64,000 nt of DNA from Amoebidium appalachense (GCA_963693365.1 CAVNZM010000002.1:6895943-6959942); one strand, 5' to 3'. Shown: positions 1 to 28,693, counted from the stretch's first letter. The notes: a model not told the origin generated them from the letters alone. Numbers and translations are program-made.

Positions 1-1300
1 CAAGAGTGTACATACACGCATGCACACGGACTGCACACGCACCCACACCCACCTTCGCCCGGGGGGTCAAAGTTCAGTGGGGGCATAGCGGGACCAGGCA
101 GCGCCAACATGATGGGCGGGGGGGTAGCCATGCTTACGTTGGGTGTCTAGCATATAAACGGGTAGCTGTGACGTTCCAAACTATGTCTTTTGCGTGCGTG
201 TCTCATAGTCATCGGATCATCAAACGTTGAACTTCTTGATGTGGCAGATCTATTTGGAAAGTATTGCCCAATCATATTTTACAGATCAGGAGCACCAATC
301 ACCTTCCGCCATGGTCACTTGTGTGCAAGTTGCCACTTTCCGCGGGAGGTTCCGAACTCCCTGGTTCCCCATCCCTTCTGGCCTGAACCAGGCGACATGC
401 ACATATCCCCCAAAAATAAAAAAGCACGAAAAGTTTCTGTATACGTATTATTCTGTTAAAAGAGCGCTCTGGTGTCTGGTGATTCTGAACTTCTTTTTAT
501 GAGTAAATCCGCCGTGACCCAGCCGCTCCGCGAATAAGACCGCGATCTCGGGAAGAATTTGGAGATTTAGTGACCGTCCCGTAGGCAGAGGCTAGCTCCC
601 AGGCTCTCAGACTGTGAGAGCTGTGTGTTCCCCCCAACACACACACAAACACCCTCCCTTCAATGCTTATTCGTGCATAAAAATCACACACCAGGTATGG
701 CTGCTAAACTGAACCTCGAGCATACATTTTGGCTTCTAGTGGCCCCCTCGAAGATGCCCTGTAGTGTATGAACCTAGTGAGGCTGACTGGTACATACACC
801 CCTACGCCTTTCTTTTTCCTGGTCCACTTAGCATATATGGACAATCACGTCCAGACACCTATAGGGTACATGCACACACACACCAAGGCAACAACAATCA
901 AATACACACAGAACGTATAGGCACTGTTGTGTCCGCATGAAAACACACAGGCACACAGGCACACAGACGTGCATGCGCACCTACTGGTACAGACACATAC
1001 ACAGTCACACGGACACACACACGTGTACACATGAAAGCTTGCATATCCATACACTCTCGCGGGCACCACAAACATTTGCACAAAAATACAAACTCCCTCA
1101 CCTTTGCACAACCAAAAACTTAACCATGGGAACACATGTGTACGCACTCATAGTTGCACACCTGCTAAGCACCAACCAAGCAAGCAACTCTACACTATAT
1201 GGCATACAACCCCCACAACTCACTCCACTCCATAACTTTCCCTTAGGAAAAAATCCGCCCGGTGGAGGAGCGATACAACTTTGGGGAATTCCACTCACCC
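1..1300 (+). pseudogene. Deleted tandem duplicate of the OYE-upstream/EHD 5' region, ending in a truncated copy of EHD exon 2
   Basis: 1-570 matches 2165-2759, 571-629 matches about 5204-5266, and 630-1300 matches about 6102-6759, in the same order. 1247-1300 encodes EKIRPVEERYNFGEFHSP (start of EHD exon 2) and then runs into poly-C. The OYE CDS and EHD exon 1 are absent from the copy. Confidence 0.85.
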
Positions 1301-1310
1301 CCCCATACCA

Positions 1311-1348
<38 letters not shown>

Positions 1349-1933
1349 CCACCACCACCCTTACCCCCACCCCAACCCCCAGCACCCACACCCCATCCCC
1401 CCCTCCCCACCACGACCACTACGACCACCATCATACTACTCCCCTCCCCCCACCCCCTTCCCCCCCTCCCCCCACCCTTCATCCTTAGCCACGCCAGGCC
1501 CACCGCCCTTAATCCCAGCCCCCCCACCCCCTCAACTCCTAACACACACACGCACACACCACCACCACCACAACCACCGCAACCACCACCACCATTCTCC
1601 AGCCCCCCTCACTCCCACCCGACCGGCGGGGCCGAGGGAAGAGGGGGGGAGGGGAGTTTGGGGGGAGGCGGGGAGAGGGGAAGGGGAGGGGGGGGGGGGG
1701 GGGTAAAAGGGAAGAGGAGTCTGGGAACGTGCTTTTAGTGTGTGTGTGTGGGCAGTAAATGGGAAACAGCGCAAAACCGGGCAACGGAGTGGTAAAGGAA
1801 TGAGAAGAAAGACGCAGCAGAAACTATTTAAGAATGGAGGGCATGTGGAGATCAGGGTAACATGGGACAGAAAAACTATTTCAAAGAACGAGCCGGATGG
1901 AGTGAGTAGATAAGGGACAGATGTGGATGGGGT

Positions 1934-1985
<52 letters not shown>

Positions 1986-2772
1986 GGGAAAGGGGAAGAG
2001 TGAGGTTGGGGGGGGCTGGGGGGGGCGTTGGGGGGGGGGGGGGGGGTAGGATCAAGCTGATCCCCACAGCGAAAAGAAAAGAGGCCTCAAGCACCTACAC
2101 AAGCCTTTCCTTATTTTCTATTTTCACACCTTCCAACACTGCTGCTTCCAGAAAACACACGCGGCAAGAGTGTACATACACGCATGCACATGGACTGCCG
2201 GACATGCATCGCTTCAACAACTTGTTCGGGCATGCACACGCACCCACACCCACCTTCGCCCGGGGGGTCAAAGTTCAGTGGGGGCATAGCGGGACCAGGC
2301 AGCGCCAACATGATGGGCGGGGGGGCAGCCATGCTTACGTTGGGTGTCTAGCATACAAACGGGTAGCTGTGACGTTCCAAACTATGTCCTCTGCGTGCGT
2401 GTCTCAACGGATCATCAAACGTTGAACTTCTTGATGTGGCAGATCTATTTGGAAGTATTGCCCAATCATATTTTACAGATCAGGAGCACCAATCACCTTC
2501 CGCCATGGTCACTTGCAAGTTGCCACTTTCCGCGGGAGGTTCCGAATCCCTGGTTCCCCATCCCTTCTGGCCTGAACCAGGCGACATGCACATATCCCCC
2601 AAAAATAAAAAAGCACGAAACGTTTCTGTATACGTATTATTCTGTTGATAGAGCGCATTGGTGTCTGGTGATTCTGAACTTCTTCTTATGAGTAAATCCG
2701 CCGTGACCCAGCCGCTCCACGTATAAGACCGCGATCTCGGGAAGAATTTGGAGATTTAGAACCTCCACTTCC

Positions 2773-2853
2773 GATTGGCTTTGAAACATGCGATCTTCCG
2801 ATGTATACAGGGCTATTTTGATTGGTTGATCGTTATCATGAACAGTATATAAA
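2773..2853 (+). promoter_or_regulatory. Putative Pol II promoter of the OYE gene (two reverse CCAAT boxes and a TATA box)
   Basis: GATTGG at 2773 and 2820, TATATAAA at 2846-2853, about 120 nt before ATG 2973. The same arrangement precedes the GBP-like gene. Confidence 0.45.
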
Positions 2854-2972
2854 CGGACCCACCTGGGTGCTTTCATCCATTCGACTTCCGACAAACACAG
2901 AAATCACTTTCAAACAGTGACACAATCAGCTGACACAATTAACACTCAAAAACCCCGTATATTTACCAGAAA

Positions 2973-4150
2973 ATGGCCACTCCCAAGCTTTTCACCCCGC
3001 TGAAAGTCGGTCGCTATCACCTTCAACATCGTGTTGTGATGGCACCGCTTACCCGCATTCGTGCCCAACCCGACGGAGTCCCCACCCCCCTTATGGCCGA
3101 ATACTACAGCCAGCGTTCCTCTCAGGGCGGTCTTATCGTCGCAGAGGCAGCACAAATCAGCCAGGAAGGGCAGGGAATGTACAACACACCTGGCATCTAC
3201 ACACAAGAGCATGTAGAAGGGTGGAAACCCATCACCGATGCTGTGCACAAGAAGGGCGGTGTGATCTTTCTGCAGTTGTGGCACATGGGCCGTCAGTCAC
3301 ACTCCACCTTTCAACCAAACGGTGGCCTCCCCGTCGCCCCTTCCGCTGTTCCCATCAAGGCAACCAGTCGCGGATATACCAAGTCGGGTGAGCGTGTGCC
3401 CTACGAAAAACCACGTGCACTCGAAACCAGCGAGATTCCACGTATCGTCGCAGACTATGCACACGCGGCACGTATGGCCATGGAAGCAGGGTTTGACGGC
3501 GTGGAGATTCATGGGGCAAACAGCTACCTCATCGACCAGTTTCTTCACGACAGCACCAACGAACGTACGGACCAGTACGGGGGCTCCATCTCCAACCGCG
3601 TGCGCTTTCTTCTCGAAGTGACCGAGGCGGTGGTGGGTGTGTGTGGTTCCGACCGAGTGGGCCTGCGTCTCTCCCCGCCTGTATTCCTCGACGATAGCAA
3701 CAAAGATGCCCTTTTCACGCACGCAATCAAAGAAGTCAACAGGTTCAACCTCGCTTATCTTCATCTTGTTGACCCTATGGGGTACGCAAGGTTCGGCCTT
3801 CTCCCCCCGAACCGGTTCGTCATTTGACAGCAGGTTTTTTCCGCCCATTTTACGACGGGGTGATTATTGAGTGTGGTGGTATTGACAGGCAGCAGGGCAT
3901 TGAGTTGGTTGATCGAGGTGATTCTGACGCCATTGCTTATGGTGTGCCTTTCATGTCTAACCCGGACCTGCCCTACCGTTTGATCCATGATCTACCTCTT
4001 GCACCCCCGGCCCACCCGTCTACATACTATGGGGTGGGAGCAAAGTACTACAGCGACTATCCGTCTTATTTGCAGCTGAAGGGTGCTGATGAAGGAAAGG
4101 AGCAGGCCGGGGTGAAGGACAACGGGACAACAACTGCTACGGCTGCATGA
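2973..4150 (+). CDS. OYE: Old yellow enzyme / NADH:flavin oxidoreductase (alkene reductase), intronless, one frameshift at the C6 run 3803-3808
   Basis: ORF 2973-3827 has MAPLTR, YYSQR, QLWHMGR, GFDGVEIHGANSYLIDQF (catalytic H/N/Y) and NERTDQYGGSISNRVRF. ORF 3824-4150 continues with DAIAYGVPFMSNPDLP and YSDYP. Adding one C to the run gives continuous ...LLPPEPVRHLTAGFFRPFYDG. Confidence 0.92.
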
Positions 4151-4736
4151 AGTTTTTATTATTATTATTTTTATTAGTGACACAATTAAGTGTGAATTTG
4201 TGAACTATATAGTTTATAAGTGAAAATTATGAGTATGAGTTTGCTTTTTTGATTTGTACATTGCATCTTGTGTCGCTATTGTTGTAGTCCGTATTTTTTT
4301 ATGGCAACCCGTTTGCTATAGCCCGTATTAAAGTTTGTTTTCGGAAGGTGTATTTTTTGGTTTTGTGATAGTATTCGGTAACCATCGGCTGGTTAACGTT
4401 GTAAATAATAGTCGCCTCTGTGAGGTGAGTTGTAGAATTAAAAGATGTCGAGAATAAACAAAAACTCAACTAAAATTCAGCACGGAAACTGGGTCCGATT
4501 GAGTCGCAATTATTCAGGCAACAGTGTGAATGCTCGAATTTGATGACAGTGTGCCGATGATGTGTGCACACAACCCACATATCGCATAACTGGCCCATCT
4601 CACGATTTCCAAAATGTAATGTGCAAGTGTGTACTCAGCATCGATATGGGCTCACCACACGCATCATTGACAAGCACGGGACAGTGTTTTGTGTGTGTGC
4701 ATCACGGTGTCCTGCACAAACTTTTTTTTTTTTTTT

Positions 4737-4782
<46 letters not shown>

Positions 4783-5481
4783 GGGGAAAGGGGGGAGGGG
4801 GTTGGACGTGGGGCGGGGAGGGGGTGGAGAGAAGAGGGGGGGAGGGGGGGGGGGGGGGGGGAGAGGCCGGGGGGTTGCCTTCCGTGCAGGGTGAAACGCC
4901 ATGTGTAACACCATAGCGACGTACAAGGTATGTCAGAAGCGAGGGCTTAAGGCCACATGAAGCCTTTTGTCGAGGGATGGTGGAAACGCATACATTATTA
5001 GCCGGCGTAAGGAGTGTCGTTGACAGCCTGGGTTCTGGCCGCCACCCAAGTTATTAGTTGAAAAAGCACTAAAAATACCTTCCATAAAAGGCAACTGTTT
5101 TGCTTTCTGTTGCCAAGGGTGTTGATTGGACCGCCCCAGCCAATCAATCGCCCTGTCCATTTTCAAATTTTCAGAGTCCCTCTCAGCTGCAGACAGACTT
5201 CAGTGACCGTCCCCAGTAGGCAGAGGCTGGCTCCCAGGCTCTGAGACTGTGAGAGCTGTGTGTGTTGAAATCTTCTCAGGCTCCTATCGAATTGGACCCG
5301 ACTTTTAGCTTACGTACTTACCCCCCACACACACCTCTGCTAGCATATATAGGCCCATTAAGGCACACAGCCTTTTAACCGCAAGGCTATCAACTCCCCA
5401 TCCTGATCCCCAATTAGCCGCATTTCACCACCACCCCACTCCAAGTTCAACCACAGGCCAACTTGAAAAACAGAGAAAAAA

Positions 5482-20098
<14,617 letters not shown>

Positions 20099-21176
20099 GT
20101 AGGTGTGGTGTGGTGTATGCACGTGCTTTGTGTGATGCATGCACGTGTCGTGTGTTCCGTTAGTATTAGATGCACGTGTCTTGTGGTATGCATTCATACA
20201 CGTCAAGTGTGTCGTGATTCATTGACTTGTTCTGTGTGATATGCACTCTATGTCTTTGTGTCGGATACGCTGTAGTGTTTTCTAATATTCATGCATTCAC
20301 GTGCCTTGTAATATTCGTTTACGTGTCTTGTGTGGTGCATTCACGGCTCTTTTGTAGCACACTCATATACGTCCGCATCCTATGTGATGCATTCATGTGG
20401 GCATGTTGACACAATGTGTTTGTGCTTGCTATTGTGGGATCAAGGAGGCATGCATAAACTTGACCAAAGAAATTTTGTTAGGGAAGGTTGCTTTTGTTAA
20501 CATTTGGCATGTATGAATTTTAACAATGCAAGAAATGAAGGGGCAAAGTTCAACGTAGGATGATATATAGCTTTAGTAATGACTGTCCTGGCTTTACGAT
20601 TGTTTTCTTAGTTCGGGTCGTTATCATATACATATTAAAAGTCTTTGGCTGTTGTAGCACAAGTGCAGATACGAAAGGGTGTGTTTGACATTATTACTCA
20701 TTTGGTTCGAATGTATTGTCCGATAGGTCTATCTGTGTCGACGCCCTCCCATCATGTATTTGGAACATGTATTTGGAATGATTTACCACTTGCCCATACC
20801 AGTACAGTCGGGGACATGCCATGTAAACTTGCCGTGCGGTTTCGTTGTGGACTTGTGGTTTAACTTGTGAAAAGGAGAAGATGTCCAGTTTGTACATAAT
20901 TTGAAGCAAATGTGTTGCTAATAAACTGAGTGACGACCAGCTACAAGTGCTGAGCTACTGAGCACCGCGGTCGGTGCACGTCATATGCATGACACGTCCA
21001 ATAAAAGCTAGTTTAGTAAGGTCTGTGCAGTGGCACAGTGTGCACGTGGCCGCCCCATGTTCGAAATTAATTGACCTGCACTTCGAGTGCCGGTATGTGA
21101 AACTCCCCTTCCCCCCCACCGTGACAAACACACACGCGGGAACAAAAAAGTGCACAGAGACACACCTACGCACGCA

Positions 21177-21223
<47 letters not shown>

Positions 21224-21369
21224 ACGAAGTATTTGCATGTGCGTGTACACACCCGTCCCAGTCATGATAGGGATACGCACATATGCATATGCCGCAACAA
21301 CAAGCTCGACCCACATAATCAAGTCACCCCCGGATCCCGGCCAGGCCGGCCCCCGGTTCTCCCCCCCCC

Positions 21370-21408
<39 letters not shown>

Positions 21409-22339
21409 TTATAATTCCCCCAGAGCTGTTTTGTGTTATTTAGTCGATTATGCTTTTTTTCACATGTACAGGCAGCAGGATTTTGGGATTTGAACCCGTG
21501 TCTTCCGCGACACGCGTACGACCACCGTCGTGTTGTTGCCTAGCATGTACATATGTCACTGGCTGCATTTGATTGGCTGTGCTGGAAAACGCAGTAGGCC
21601 GTCGAATGTGGCTGGGCCTCCGGCAGTGTCCACGCAATAAAAAGTGTGTAAACCCTCGTGTTGTTCCCTGCCTGGTGATCACAAACAATAACATGCCAGC
21701 AGATCTATTTAGATCTATTTGGGTGCACTTATGCCCAATCAGAATGTGTAAACACCTTGGTTTATGCAACCACCAATCATATCGAGTATCAAAGCCAGTC
21801 AAAAAAAGGTTTTTTTTATCCAATCAGCTAATAGCTCTTTGTTGATTGGCTAAAGGAAAGTTCCATGAACATTTGAAATTTCCCACGTGGATCCAGCTCT
21901 GGCAACCGTCTGGGCTGTCTGAGCCTAGACTTGTTATAACATTGATGTGAGGGGTTATTTCCTAGCCCATAAACACATAAGACACTCCTCCAAGCTCAGG
22001 ATTCAATTCAAGACGCTGCTATTTGGGGATGCTTATCATGATCAATATGGTGTGCGGGTGTGCTTGCCGGGGGACGAATCATGAATGGCAGGAAGACAAC
22101 AAGACACAAGTTGAGCCAGTGCTCCCATTCACGCACACTGGCTGTGAGCCAAAGCAACGTGGAGTCACTCAGAAAAGCAAACCCAGACGTTTATATAACG
22201 GCCCGCGACGCCTCACTCCTGGGCGTGCACGCAGTGCCACGCACATCACTCGACACGGTACAAGTTACCGTACAACACATTTGGGTTTGAGCACAAACCG
22301 AAAGACTTTCCTGTTGTGTTTTCCTGCACGCCTTCAACC

Positions 22340-23161
22340 ATGGCGTATTTGATCGCTGCAGGGGTTTCCCTTCTGTTTTCTTTTGGAGCAGTTGATGTCT
22401 CCGCGTCACCCGTACAGGTCAGCACGTACGACCTGGGCCGTTCCTTGTTTTTCACCGCCCCAGAGCGCATGTGCTACGTGGTTGCCATACGCGAGCCAAC
22501 AACATGTGAGGACTTGGCGCGGGCACAACACACGACCGTCGAGGCGATTCTAGAACAAAACGTCGACACCACGTGTGAGGACATCGCCTCTGAAAACACG
22601 TATGAAGACCCCGTGCACGTGTGTCTCCCTCATCCCGCGTTCGTCATGGAGCATGGATTTGAAGACGAAGAAATCGAGCTAGAAGAAGAAGAAGGTGTGG
22701 GACAGGAAGATGGATCTGAGCGCGAAAGACGTGCTGCTACTACCCCCGTTTCCATTGCACGCAGGCTCGTGTGCCTCACAAACCTGGAGCGCCAAAAACG
22801 CGGCCTGCCCGCCCTTGGGCTCGACACCCGCCTGACCTCCGCAGCACAGAGGCAGAGCAACGACATGGCACGTACAGGGAGAGTGTCGCATATTGGAAGT
22901 GACGGGTCGCAGATAGGCGACCGTGTAAGTGCCACAGGGTACTTCTGGTTCATTGCGGGTGAAAACATTGCTGCGTATGTGAGGACACCAGAGGAGGTGG
23001 TGAAGGGGTGGATGAACTCGCCGGGCCACAAGGCAAATATCTTGGGTAGAGAGTACACCCATTTTGGGGGTGCTGTTGCGTTTGGAAGGAATGGGGCTGC
23101 GTACTGGACACAGGTGTTTGCTGGCAATGGCCAGGGGGGCAGGTACCCCACGTGCCCGTAA
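22340..23161 (+). CDS. Secreted LysM + CAP/SCP (YkwD-like) domain protein, intronless
   Basis: ATG 22340 starts a signal-peptide-like MAYLIAAGVSLLFSFGAVDVSA. Then a Cys-containing LysM-like TCEDLARAQHTTVEAILEQN..TC..VCLP, an acidic linker, RERR, and a CAP domain (NLERQKRGLPAL, AAQRQSNDMA, SHIGSDG, GENIA, GWMNSPGHKANIL, YWTQVFA). TATATAA at 22192. Confidence 0.9.
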   Translation: MAYLIAAGVSLLFSFGAVDVSASPVQVSTYDLGRSLFFTAPERMCYVVAIREPTTCEDLARAQHTTVEAILEQNVDTTCEDIASENTYEDPVHVCLPHPAFVMEHGFEDEEIELEEEEGVGQEDGSERERRAATTPVSIARRLVCLTNLERQKRGLPALGLDTRLTSAAQRQSNDMARTGRVSHIGSDGSQIGDRVSATGYFWFIAGENIAAYVRTPEEVVKGWMNSPGHKANILGREYTHFGGAVAFGRNGAAYWTQVFAGNGQGGRYPTCP

Positions 23162-23518
23162 GTCATACGAAATGTTCGAAATTCCTAATAGTATGTAATC
23201 TCAGACAACAGTCAACGTAATTGGAAGGCCTTCCGCATAGTATATTTCACAATCCCCGCTCGTAAATGATTATCAAATGGTGATAGATAGGGGATAAATC
23301 CTTTTCTGTGAGCTTTAGGCAAGCGCATTTAGCTTTGAGCAGTATTAGATAAAACATGGTCAAGAAATCAAACCTCTAATAATATAAATGAAAAACTACT
23401 TCCAGCAAGATGCCCCGTCCACATGCACCCCCCCCCCCCCCCCCCCCCCCCCCCTCTCTCTTCCCCCCCCCTCCCTCCCCTTTCCCCGAAAGGAAAAGAA
23501 CATGTACTCTAACACACA

Positions 23519-23555
<37 letters not shown>

Positions 23556-23749
23556 TGGCACCACCACCACCACCGTCATTGCCACGACCACGACAAACAC
23601 AGCAACGTTTAACACATGGCTGCGTGATTGTCGGGATTCTTTGTATGCCCCCCCCCCCCCCCCCCCCCCCCGACCGTTTTTTTCCCCTTTTACTTTTCAT
23701 TTGTTTCCTTTCGTTGTGTTCGTCTGTTTCTTTCCATGCTGGGCAGTGT

Positions 23750-23782
<33 letters not shown>

Positions 23783-23921
23783 GGGGGGGGGGGAAGCACA
23801 AAGGCCTCCTTTCTCACACATTTATGCAGATGAGTAAAACACTGACATGCCTGTTGCTGTAGTGGATGTGTCTCAGTGGTAGTCTAAACTTCAACTTCAA
23901 CGGTTGAGTATGGTGAGGTTG

Positions 23922-23955
<34 letters not shown>

Positions 23956-24382
23956 CTTCTAATCTCTTCTTCTTCTCTTCTTCTTTTTTTTTGTTGTTGT
24001 TGTTGTTGTCGTTGTCGTTGTTGGGGGCGGGGGGGGGGGGGGGGGGGGGGGAGGGTGAGGACAATAACTTTGCCCTGCACGTGTGGTTTGTTGTAAAGAG
24101 TTATGCCCTGGAGCAGATCACAGTGAGCCGCCACCTGATCCACATAAGGGATTCTTAATTTTGAAACGGGGAGGGGGGTAGTAGTAACTCTGGGGGGGGG
24201 GGGGGGGGGGGGACCCACCCACCCCACAGGTTGCCATCATGTGACCTTTTTATATCAGATATCGAGTAGTAATATAATCAGCAGCGGTTACATACAATGC
24301 CAAACGTAGACTTTTGAGGCTAACTAATAGGATTCCTTGATCACCTGAAACTCAGGCTATGCCATATGTCTGGTCATACTCC

Positions 24383-24420
<38 letters not shown>

Positions 24421-24503
24421 GCACGAAACGGGTGGGAAGTGTGTGTGTATATGCCATGTGTTTGTGTGTGTGTGTGCGTGTGTGCGTGACACTGTGTGTG
24501 TGA

Positions 24504-24555
<52 letters not shown>

Positions 24556-24791
24556 ATGTACAGGCTCGTGCCCGCACGCGCGCTCTTGTGTGTGTGTGTG
24601 TGTGCGCGCGCGCACGACACTGTGTGTGTGTGTGTGTGTGTATACTAGGTGTGTGTACGTGTGCGTGTATGGGCGTGCGCCGGCGGTGTGTGCGCGCACG
24701 GCGTGTGTGTGTGTGTGACACTGTGTGTGTGCGTGTGTACGTGTGTGCGTGTGTGCGTGTGCGTGTGCGTGTATGGGGGCGCGCGCACCCG

Positions 24792-24870
<79 letters not shown>

Positions 24871-24912
24871 TGGTGCGTGTGTGTGTGTACGTGTGTGTAC
24901 GTGTGTGTGTGT

Positions 24913-24944
<32 letters not shown>

Positions 24945-26149
24945 GGTATATGCATCAGTGGCCAAAACGGACGCAATTGCTCCAAAAGGAAAAAAAAAAA
25001 AAAAAAAAGTAGCGAATACCATCTTTGGTGGGTGGAAAAGGGACCTTTTAAGGCCATGATCACGCGCATATTGGGGGGGGGGGGGGGGGGAGGGGGGGGG
25101 GGGGGGGGGGACCCACCACCCCACGTCTCGGCCAGGTGGGTTCCTCCCCCCCCCCAGTCCCCCCGAGGGGGGGGGGGGGGGAGGAGGGACCCACCCACCT
25201 CTGCGGCTACCTGGGGGGAGGGGGAGGGACCCACCCACCCTAGGGAGGGGTGCCCCCCCCTCCCCCCTCCTCCCCCGGAGGGGGGGGAGAGGGGGGTACC
25301 ACCAGAAGGTGTGTCGATATTTCCTACTCCCCCCCCCCCCCCCCCCATTTTGAAATTCAAAATTCCATAATTCCACAGCCGGGATGCAGTGGGCATGCCG
25401 GATGTGTGTGGTTGGGCATCCCTCTGGGTGACATTTTCAAATTCACACACAACTCCTCAATTATTGCTCTAGAGGTACCGCGCTTGAGATTACTGATCTG
25501 TTCAAAGTCATAGTCTTGGTGAGTCTGGCATGTTAATGGGGATCATTGGACTTTAATAGCCGCTCCCTCCGGCCAATCCGGAAACACAACATGTGCCCCA
25601 TATGCATGATATGAATATGTTAATACAGAAGAGCCTCCCCCTCTTATTAATGTTAACTACTACACGGCCACAGCGCTAGAACCACAAATCTTACAGACAA
25701 TATATCAAAGACAACGCAAACCACATCACTACAAGGGAGAAACGAAAAAAAAAAATGGAAAGAAAAAGAAATATCAACCACGTTAGGAGGGTGGGATTAA
25801 GTTATTAAAAATCAACCACGTTAGGAGGGTGGGATTCAAGTTATTATTGCTCTCGCTGTGTTTTGTGGTGGTCTCTAGCAGGTATCATATAGCATTTTCG
25901 TCGACATGTTTACTGAAAAAGTCACCTTATCATTAGTGCAGTAGGTACTAACATAACAATTTTCGATATATCACATGGTGTTCAGGGCAACCTCAGGAAT
26001 GTGGTCTCAAACTTTAGTATGGCCAGTGATTGGATGCAACGCAGGAAAATTTCCCTCCCCCTACCCCCCCCCCCCCCAAAAAAAAAAAAAAAGAAGGGAG
26101 AAACGAAAAAATAACATTACCATCTTCACCAACTACTGAGTCCACACGT

Positions 26150-26235
<86 letters not shown>

Positions 26236-26816
26236 AGAGAAAGGTACACGTAAACCACACACGCGCACACAGACGCACACACAACGTGCGGCACATTTGA
26301 ACGGTTTTGGGGGGGTTCTAAGCCCCTCTGAGAGCTGCCGGTGTGAGCAAGTGATGGCTTGTGGACATGCATACTTCAAATGCACATGGCAAGGGGGGGG
26401 GGGGGGGGGGGGGGGAAGAGGAGGGGGGGGGGGGGGGGGGGATTGTTCGCTGTGCATTGTCTGGTAATGCTGGGGACGGCCTTGCTTGCATGAATATGCC
26501 TGCAGGCATGCATGGTATGTGTGTGTGTATGAGTGTGTGTACTTACACATCTGTTTACGGGCATGTATCAGTATGTGTCAATGTGTGCATGTGCGCGCCA
26601 CAGGTGTACGTGTATGTAGGCGTATAATACTGGTGCATGCCTATGTACCTGAACGTATGTGTTCCTGTGCACCTGTTTGCATGTGAAGGTATCTGCTTTT
26701 TCTCTCATATCTCCTTCCGTGTCACGGTGTGTGTGCATGTGCTTCGAGTTGCCATGTGCGTGTGCGCGCCCGTGGGCGTGGGCGTGCTAGTGCCCGTGTG
26801 TGTGTGTGTGTGTGTG

Positions 26817-26869
<53 letters not shown>

Positions 26870-27012
26870 TGTGTGCGCGCGCGCGTGCGTGTGTGCGTGT
26901 GTGCACGTGTGGAGGGGCCGGGGAAAGGGGGGGTAGACTTCCGAATGGCTTCCTAATCGCTTAACATTAGTGCTGGTTATAAATTTGGGGGTCTCCTTCA
27001 CCGGGCTGCTTG

Positions 27013-27045
<33 letters not shown>

Positions 27046-28117
27046 TGGTGCTACAGGCCACCCCTTCTCCCCCCCCCCCCCCCTCCCCCCCCCCCCCCCC
27101 CCCCTCTCCACATCCTTCGTTAGCAGAAGCCAAGCTCTTGTGCCACTAGAAGAAGTTTCTTGCCCTAAAAGCTCTCTGTGCATTTTTTTTATATTTTTCA
27201 AGTAGTAGTTCAACTTGAATGTGGTTCTTTTTCCAGGAAGGGGGGCAGGGAGGAGGGGGAGGGGGGAGGGGGGGAGAGGGGAGGGAGTGGGGGGGAGGTG
27301 GGGTGGGGTGGATATGCCCTAAACGGTGTAAAGGTGGTGGGGGGGGGTGGGGGGGGGGGGGGGGGGGGGGGGGGGGACGGAGAGGGGGGAGTCCCGAAGG
27401 CTTAGGGTTGCAATTTGCGAGAAAGGGGGGGGGGGGGGGAGGGGGGGGGGGGGGGGGGGACGAGGGGCGGAGGGGTGGCAACGAAGTGTGTTTCTTACTA
27501 TAGCTTTCATATCATGAAACCCGGTGCTCCAAAAAGAGAGCGCACGTGGAGGCGGGGAGGGGAGAGGGTAAGGAGGAGAAAGCGAGAGAGAGAGTCCGGA
27601 AGGTTGGGTCATATGGTGCAAACTAACTAACGGAACTGCATTGAGGCATCTATGGGGTGGCTTGCATTCTGAGCAGTTCTAAGTGTATAATTAGCTACGC
27701 CCTGCTACTTATACACCTAGTACGTTTGATTGGAAGAAAATCAGACGGTTTGAATGTTACCTCACTACTTATAGGGATTTACATTTCATGTTGTGTTTGA
27801 CTACATAGGTCGAACTAGAATAATCGATTATGACATTCACGAAAAGAAGTTGCTGTGCACAGGGTGGTGTACCGGCAGGGGGGGGGGGGGGGGGGGGGGG
27901 GGAAGAGGCTGTGCCAAGAAAGAAAAGCACAAGAGGGGATGATGGGACAACCAAAATAGGGGAGGGTTGAGGTGTGATCATTGAACGTTCTAAACTCAAG
28001 GAAAGAACCAGGTTGTCCGAATTAGAGTCACTTGTGCAGCAATGCCACGTGCATACGTGCACCGTGACATATACATAGAGGGAGGTGGGGCATAACACAG
28101 ACACAGACACACACCCT

Positions 28118-28188
<71 letters not shown>

Positions 28189-28213
28189 TGTGGCACACAC
28201 ACACACACACAAA

Positions 28214-28303
<90 letters not shown>

Positions 28304-28655
28304 AGTAGATATAAACAGCAACTACAGGCCACCTAGGAATTCTCCCGAGGGCCCCCCTTCCCTTCCTGGCCATCTACCCTCCTCCTCCCACCTCCACTTT
28401 GGACCCTTCCCCCCCCCCCCAAAAAAAAAATAAAATAAAATAAAATAAAATAAAATAAAATAAAATAAAAAGTAAAACAAAAAACCCTGGGCTTCTCCCC
28501 CATTTGTTGGCCGTTGATCAATGACCTGCGTTACCTCCCCCTCCCCCCCCCCCCCTCCTCCTCCTCCTCCATGTGAGAAAGGTGAGTGGATGTGGTGGTG
28601 GTGGTGGTTGGTGATGTCATTGGTATGTTGTGTGTGTATGTATGTGTGTGTGTGT

Positions 28656-28693
<38 letters not shown>

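Noticed and set aside
21484-21530. tRNA or tRNA-SINE from a B-box-like GGGTTCAAATCCC on the minus strand (similar at about 19750)
   Set aside because: No A box, acceptor stem or cloverleaf could be built.
25771-25846. Two-copy repeat of about 38 bp, ATCAACCACGTTAGGAGGGTGGGATT
   Set aside because: Simple local duplication with no spacer and no further copies.
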